Source: Macrostomum lignano
Lineage: Eukaryota
Length of the DNA: 64,000 nucleotides
Assembly: GCA_002269645.1 (NCBI GenBank)
Contig: NIVC01000550.1
Location: 264,709 to 328,708 of the forward strand
Reading direction: 5' to 3'
The translations under genes and the position numbers were made by a program. Of this stretch, positions 57,480 to 64,000 are shown one piece after another; the stretch's first letter is position 1; each line of letters opens with the position of its first letter. The notes under the pieces are model-generated. The model worked only from the letters and a program-made list of their open reading frames with translations, did not search any database and was not told where the DNA came from.

Positions 57480-60400
57480 CAACTTGTGTATCCATCATTG
57501 ACCAACCCCCATCGTTCACCTAGCTAACCTCTCCATCGTCGAACCACATCATTGACCCATCCATGAAAATTTCCAGTCAAGACGACCCTCCGCAAACAGT
57601 CCGTCACCAGGTCGCTTACTTGACCGCCACCGGGTTCGGCCGCAACGGTATCGCGCAGCTGCTCCCAGTTGTCCGGGCCGACTGGCTTGCGGAGCTTTAT
57701 TAGTTCGCCCACAGGCACTGGCTCGACTGTCGGCTCGCCGCTCGGCCCCTGCTGCCGGTCCGTAAACAGCTTCATCCGGTCAAATATGGTGGACTAACAG
57801 TCGGCGCCTGCAGCCGGTAGTTTATTGGGCCGACCTTGACGATGGTATACGGACCGGGCCATCGGTTTGACAGCGTCTCATGCACTGTCCGCGTTTCATC
57901 GCTTTGTGCTTTAGCATCACTCGTTTGCCGATCTTGAACTTGATCGTCTCAGCTCTTCAGTTGTATAGAACTCGTGCTGTGACCTCTGAGCAGCGTGCAG
58001 GTGTGCTCGCACAACCTGGAAGCCGCGCCGGATTCAGGCCTGCAGCTCCGCGAAGTCCTGCGGTGCTGGTCTTGCTTACCGAGCGCTAAATCGACCGGCA
58101 GTCTGAGCTCCAAGCCCCGCAGTACCTTGTACAGCGACTCGCCTGCGGAGCTGTGCGCAGCTGAGCTGTTGTAGGCCAACACGACATAGGGCAGCAGGGC
58201 GTACCAGCTTTGTCTGATTCTCCAATCAGAAGTCCGCTGAAACCATGTTTGCCATAAGCGTCCTGTCAAATCTCTCTACGTCTGAGGTGAAACGGTAAAG
58301 TCCGCGACTTTTTCACACAAAGCAGTGCGCATGTCTGCTTAAAACTTCAGTCTCAAGCAGTGAAACTCGTGACCTCGGTCGGAGTGCAGGACCTCAGGAA
58401 CAACCATACCATAGCACAACGCTGGTCATCAGGGCTTGGCTACAGTCTAGACGTCGATTTGGCTGAGTTTCGCAGTCTTCAACCACTTTCAAAACGTATA
58501 TGTATCGACGAAGCATAAACTTTCTAAACATAATGCTTGCCTGACTCCCTGACTGACAAAAAGGACCCATGCAATTGATGTCGAGCTGCACAACGGCCCA
58601 GGGCCTTGGCGTCAGGAAAGGCAGCAGCTTCTGAACCGCCACGTTCACTAATGCCGGAACTTGAAAATCCGGCTAGAGCTTTGCATGCAGAATCTGCTCC
58701 TGTTCTTGCTCCTCGGGCAGATAGGTGATCTGGAACTGTACTGCAGCTGCTCTACTGAGTGTCCAGCAGGCTGTTCTCCTTGCCCGGCCAATACATGATC
58801 TCCAGCGGTAACTCTTAGATGAGCTGCAGCCAAGGTACCAGCCGACCTGTAAGCTCCTTATAGTGTTGAGCTGGTGAACACCTGGATCGTGCTGTTGTTG
58901 CTCAGGTACATGCAAAACCGCTCCGTCTTGTTTAGCGCCCGATGCATAGGCCACATGCATGGCCTTCACACTCCTGGCTGAGCACCGCACCCAATGCGAC
59001 AGCACTGCTACATCACATGTATCGCAGCTGATAATAACGGACTTGCTAAGGTCGGGTAGCGGAAGAACCGGAGTGTGGGTCAGCTTGTTCATAGCCGCAG
59101 CATGTTCAGCTGTCCACACAAAACTACCAGTGCCTTAGTGAGCCAAATGGTGCAGCGGCTTGGCGATATCGGAGAAGTTGAGCACGAATTGACAATAGAA
59201 GCTGAGCATGCCGATGATGCGCCGGACATCCTCCTCAGATTGAGGCTCCGGCATCTGCCTGATCGTCACAACCTTCTCCGCAGCCGGTGCGATGCCGCTC
59301 TCAGAGACTTGGTCTCCCAGGTAAGTGACGCTCCGGTAATTAAGGAAGCTCTAGCCGGGATTCAGTTTCAGCTTGGCTGACCGCAGTCGTTGCAGCACAT
59401 TGGACAGTGACTCGATGTGGCTCTCAAAATCCTTACTGAAAATGATCAAATCATCGATGTACGCTATGACCTCTTCCCAGCTCAGGCCGGTCATGATGAG
59501 CTCCATTTTTCGCTGGTACGTCGTGGGCGCGTTGCACATGCCGAAGCCCATTTTTCGGAATTGCATCAGCCCGCTCGGTGTGTGGAACGCCGCGTCAACA
59601 GCCGATCCTCCTCACTTGAAGGAAGCATTGGCGCATGACGATCGTGGAGAACCAAGAGCAGCAAGCCAAGGAATCGAGAGCATGCAAATGCGGCAGCGGA
59701 ATGGCATCCTTCCCGGTCAGGTTGTTCAGCGCTCGCGAGTCAACGCAGACACGGATGTTGTTATTTTTTTTCTGACGATCATCAGGTTGTTGACCCACGG
59801 GCTAGTAAAAGGTTCGATAACGGCTGGTTGAAGATGATCTGGTCCGGCTGTTTCTGACTCTGCTAACACTGAGCTGCGCGGTGTCCCAGCTGGCGTCAGT
59901 AAAAACAAGCGCCTCCTCGATGTGGGCGTCGACTTCGAGTGTCTGTTCCTGACTGCACACTGACCCTTGCGATGAGCTCCTTCATGAGCCTCTCGGTCGT
60001 CGGTAAAATGGGTCGTCGGGTGGTCTTTCTGCTGAAGTAGCGCTGATAGAACTGACGCGACTGACTGTCGCCACGATAGCTCCTCGAGCCGAGCCGCCCG
60101 CTGCAGCAGACTCTCCAAACTACAGGTCTCTGCGTCCTCTGCCTTGAGTAGGTTGTCACGGATGTCAGTCTTAATTAGATGCACAAGCTTAAAGTGTACG
60201 TCCCAGTCTTGCTGATTTACAGAATCTTTCGGCCTTGCCTTATGATGAAGCAGCTTAAGGTTGAAACAGAGCTCACAAAGAGTCTCAGTGACTCCTCGCT
60301 TTCTCGAATAGAAGTCATTCATAGTCTTGAAGCTGTCGGATTCACCTCCAATAGAACGTTGTGAGGTCCGCTTTGATGTTCTTGAAGCTCTTCCGTCTTC

Positions 60401-60885
60401 TCTCATCGAGGTCCCAGACATCCTGCTGGGCTTCTCCAGTTGCAGCAGCTTCAATTCGACGCAGAAGTCTTGTCGTTATATTTCGCATCCTCGGAAAATT
60501 CTTCGAAGATACGCAGCCATTCTTACGTCAGTGCCGTCCGAGCCACTAAACTGGCGGTAACAGAGCGTTCTGGGCCATTAGCTAGTGCACTACGAGCGTA
60601 TAGCGTGGAACTATCGCTGCCACCAATGTAAGAGCCGAGAATATAAGACAAAGTAAAAGAATTATATTTTATAAATTTATATTTATAAACTGTCAGCGAT
60701 TCAAATAAATGTTATAAAATCTTTTTTCGCACTTTGAATTCCTATTGCTACGCGCCTTGACGGGAGCAGACAGCTAGTAGGCGTATTTTAACAGAAGTAG
60801 ACCCTTATATATATAAGGCGTATATACTCGTAAATATAATATACAGAAATACCCTACAGAAGTAGGGTGTAATGCAGTATTGCAC
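57480..60885 (-). mobile_element. Decayed Ty3/Gypsy element (gag, RT, RH and IN remnants, PBS, probable 5' LTR at ~60627-60885)
   Basis: ...TTACA-T-TGGTGGCAGCG (tRNA-Leu PBS, 60615-60625); gag 59726-60454; SPWVNNLMIVRKK, VCVDSRALN, FGMCNAPTTYQR, IAYIDDLIIFS; LPLPDLSKSVIISCD; PRPWAVVQLD, LPYVVLAYNSS. No protease or 3' LTR seen. Confidence 0.88.
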
Positions 60886-63800
60886 AATTAATGGGCGGGG
60901 ATTGTGTAATAAAAATAATTGGCTACCCTACTATTCGCTAGTCTTCTTTTATTCTTCTACAAAACTCATAGAGCTGTAGATTTGCTCAGTGAAAGAAGCA
61001 TTACTTGGTCCTTCCACGGGTTGCTGCTGCTGCAGCCTCCTCGTACAGTCGAAGGCCTTTTGTGCTATAGTAAGAGAAGATTGAGCAGAGCGTCTATTAT
61101 ACCGCAGCACAATGGGCCGCCCTGCACAGGAAAAGCTGCTCAATATATTTGGCTGGTTACTGTATGAGAAAGAACCACAGTAGCACAACAGCTTGCAGAG
61201 TTTGAGTTACTAAAGACCCAATTCATCTTGTGGCAGCTAACTACAGTTAAAATATTTGAAATCGGTATTAAATGATTGATTGAGTGATTGATTGCAAGTA
61301 AAAATGAGAACAGGTAAGAATATTGAATTGCATCTTCGTGTTTCTTGCCTAATGCAAATTCTAATAAGCCCAATTCTTATCTCTACTTGTAACCCGATTA
61401 AAAAATTCTTAAAGTGAAGCAGTAAAATAGGCTTAGAAGGCGTAATCGCATGGTGCCTACACCAAGTGTCATATGTGAAATTGGTTCACTAGCTAACTAG
61501 ATCAGAGTCGTTTCCGAAAATTTCTGTAAGCCTGTTATTTTTGGTGGTAAGAGAAGTGAATGGGACCGCGCACAGCTGCAGCTCGCTCGTTTGTATGCGA
61601 GCTGGAATCAACCGGTACTTCATAGAAGACCTTCAAGAAGACTTTCAAGGCAGCCATTAAAGCTCTGAAGAATTAATCTACGCCTATGATGCATGGCGAC
61701 GATGAGTAGCCATCGCTTGAACCCGAGGACATGGCGAATTTGCGCGCGTATTTGGACCGCAGATCGCCGCAGAAACTGCAGCAGGAAGTGTTTTCCTCCT
61801 GAACTTACACTTCGGCTTCCGTGGACGCGAATAGGGCCTTAAAAGGATGTTATTCCGCGGGACACGACTGCATGGACTGGAGGTGTAACGTGCATCGATG
61901 TGGGTGAACTCTGAATTCGCTGATGCCGGGAAATCGGGAATATTCCCTTTGCACGACAAGTCGGTGTGTCCAGTTAAAGCGATAAAACTGTGTCAATTAC
62001 ATGTAGCTTCCAACTGAGATCCCTCTGATCATCTCTGCAGTTTCAGGTTGCAACAGTTACAGGGTATACCTGCTGCTGTTAATACGCATTAGTTTTCAGC
62101 CGTTGGTTATAGGCTCAAAAGTTTATAATACTTAGGGTGCACTTAGGGATCCTCAAGCGCAAACGGGTTGCACTCATCATCGAAGTCCGAGGAAACACCC
62201 TTTACTGATTTCCCGGTAAAGGGGCGGGCTGCTCTGGCGAGACCCCTCTTTTGAAAAGTACAGAAAAGTTTCTTAGATGAAATTCCTTAGATCATCAATA
62301 CCAATGACTTGAGTTGGGATCAATTCAGCCCCTATATCTACATCGTAGCCGCTTCGTCGCAAATTAGGAGACTTTGATGTAGGTTCAACATGTTGCCTTC
62401 CAGCTTGGGAGGCCTACATGTACGTGGTCAGCTAGTTTAATTTTCTCAGACAGTGCCAGTGCAAGTATAAATTAAGTATCATGCCAGTGTTCTGTGCGGA
62501 GCAGCTTCTTCGGTAGAACCGAAGCGCACTGCCGGTTCCACAGGGCACCAGACCTCCAGTAGAGTTGGTAGGGCTGGTAGCGAGTATTGATAAACTTCCA
62601 TGATTCCGTGGCCACTAAAAAGCAATGGGCAGAGGACCATGGTTCAGCCAGTCACTGCTGATAATGAGTGGAACTAGTTGCTCAAGGATGCTGTTTGAGC
62701 CATCCAGATGCGGGCCTGTAACGTTCTGGGCTACCAGTGGTGTCCTGCAAGTCCGGGGAGGGTAAGGCGACGATTAGCGGGTAAATCCGACATACAGTAT
62801 TGTGTGTATACGCTCGTATAGAAGCTGTGCGCTGCTAAGTCCGATTCTATTTTGACAGAGTTGCTTCAAAACCGATAGTCTATAGTTTGTGTATCCAAAA
62901 AGTCCGCTTCATTTTGACAACTTCTAAACAATACTGAACAGTTTACAATCAACTTTGACTGCTATCTTGTTACGTCTGTTCTTGGTTGTGTATATTTTTC
63001 AGAAAAAAGATTGTAAACATATAGCATTGTTAACGATTCAAAAGAAGTGCTCTTGTTCTCTTTGTCTAGACTAAAAGTTGTACAACATTAAATGAGTGAA
63101 CGAGTGAATGAATAAAGGAAAGTAACAAGATAGCAGAATGAAAAGTAAAAGTAGTAATTCAGGCAGTCGTTTGATTATAATTTTGCTCACTAGTATGTCT
63201 CGCCGGTGGGCAGTAAACGTCCGACCTGTTCGACAGTGCGCGATAAAAAGCTGCTGCAGTTTTGGGCCAACTCGCGCTTCAAAGCAGACTTAAATTCGCG
63301 ATTAAGCACGCGATCGAGTACTCAGGAACGGGCTGTATGGCGGCATGCAGGCGTTTGATTTCGACATTGCCTGGGATCTCGTAGTCTTCGGCATCATTAC
63401 AAGGTAAAATACGAGCTAAGTAATGATACTGCATTGTCGAAGAGCAATTTTTCAAACTATTCCCTGGAATGCAGTTTGAAAGTTGCCGCTAATGGTGTGA
63501 AATAATCACCCAACCTCCCTTTCATAAGTGTGGAAGTGGACTAATCTAATCGCAGGGAAATCCCTTCAGCGAACGAGTCTGTCTAAACACGCTCAACACT
63601 CCAAACCAAACCTAGCTATAGCGATCATCGAAGACACGTGTCGAAGCCCAACTCGTCACTGTAGATTTTGTGAGGAGCAACAACCTTATCAAACAAAGCC
63701 AGGTCACAGAACTCCACGCGCGCGTCAATTACCCGTGAGGGCGTTTCATACAGCAGAAAAATCCCTTGCTAACTTGGTTGTGAAAAGGCTGCGTCGAGTT

Positions 63801-64000
63801 TCTCACCGACTGTTCTATCCTTTACTTGTGGTTCGGTTTGAAAATTTAGACGAAGGTTGATGTTCAATTGCTTCAATACAATGAGTGTGCATTCATCTCG
63901 ACCTGAGCTTCAATACATGAGCGTTCGAATTTCTGGATCCCATTTACGAGAATTTACTTAGCGCCTCCCTTTAGTAGCTTTTCCGGCCTTCCAGATCCCA

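Overview
This is eukaryotic (invertebrate metazoan) genomic DNA: GC-rich gene and retroelement islands with GT-AG introns in an AT-rich, transposon-dense background. The GC-rich poly-Ala coding style and the many 21-23-bp minisatellites resemble the flatworm Macrostomum, but that is an inference only. Four host genes are supported: a GT32/DXD glycosyltransferase (-), EXOSC8/RRP43 (-), a CLOCK-type bHLH-PAS gene (-, 4 coding exons, stop codon inside a minisatellite) and RPL23A (+, 8.3-kb intron). Mobile DNA includes a near full-length Ty3/Gypsy element (1-10054), a decayed second Gypsy, two RTE-like LINE copies, two Penelope-like fragments with hammerhead ribozyme cores, Tc1/mariner, Harbinger and Crypton relics, a tRNA-derived SINE and many MITEs, several with verifiable target-site duplications (TSDs). 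Three signals stand out as unexplained. (i) The octamer CCATAGAC occurs at least 29 times, only in non-coding DNA and with unrelated flanks. (ii) The Gypsy pol has a 27-aa-repeat insert and a long integrase tail carrying SIM-like, LC8/TQT-like and RS/RP-rich motifs. (iii) An inverted Penelope pair inside the RPL23A intron has two hammerheads, each broken by different core mutations. All counts and alignments were done by eye and coordinates of degraded elements are approximate.
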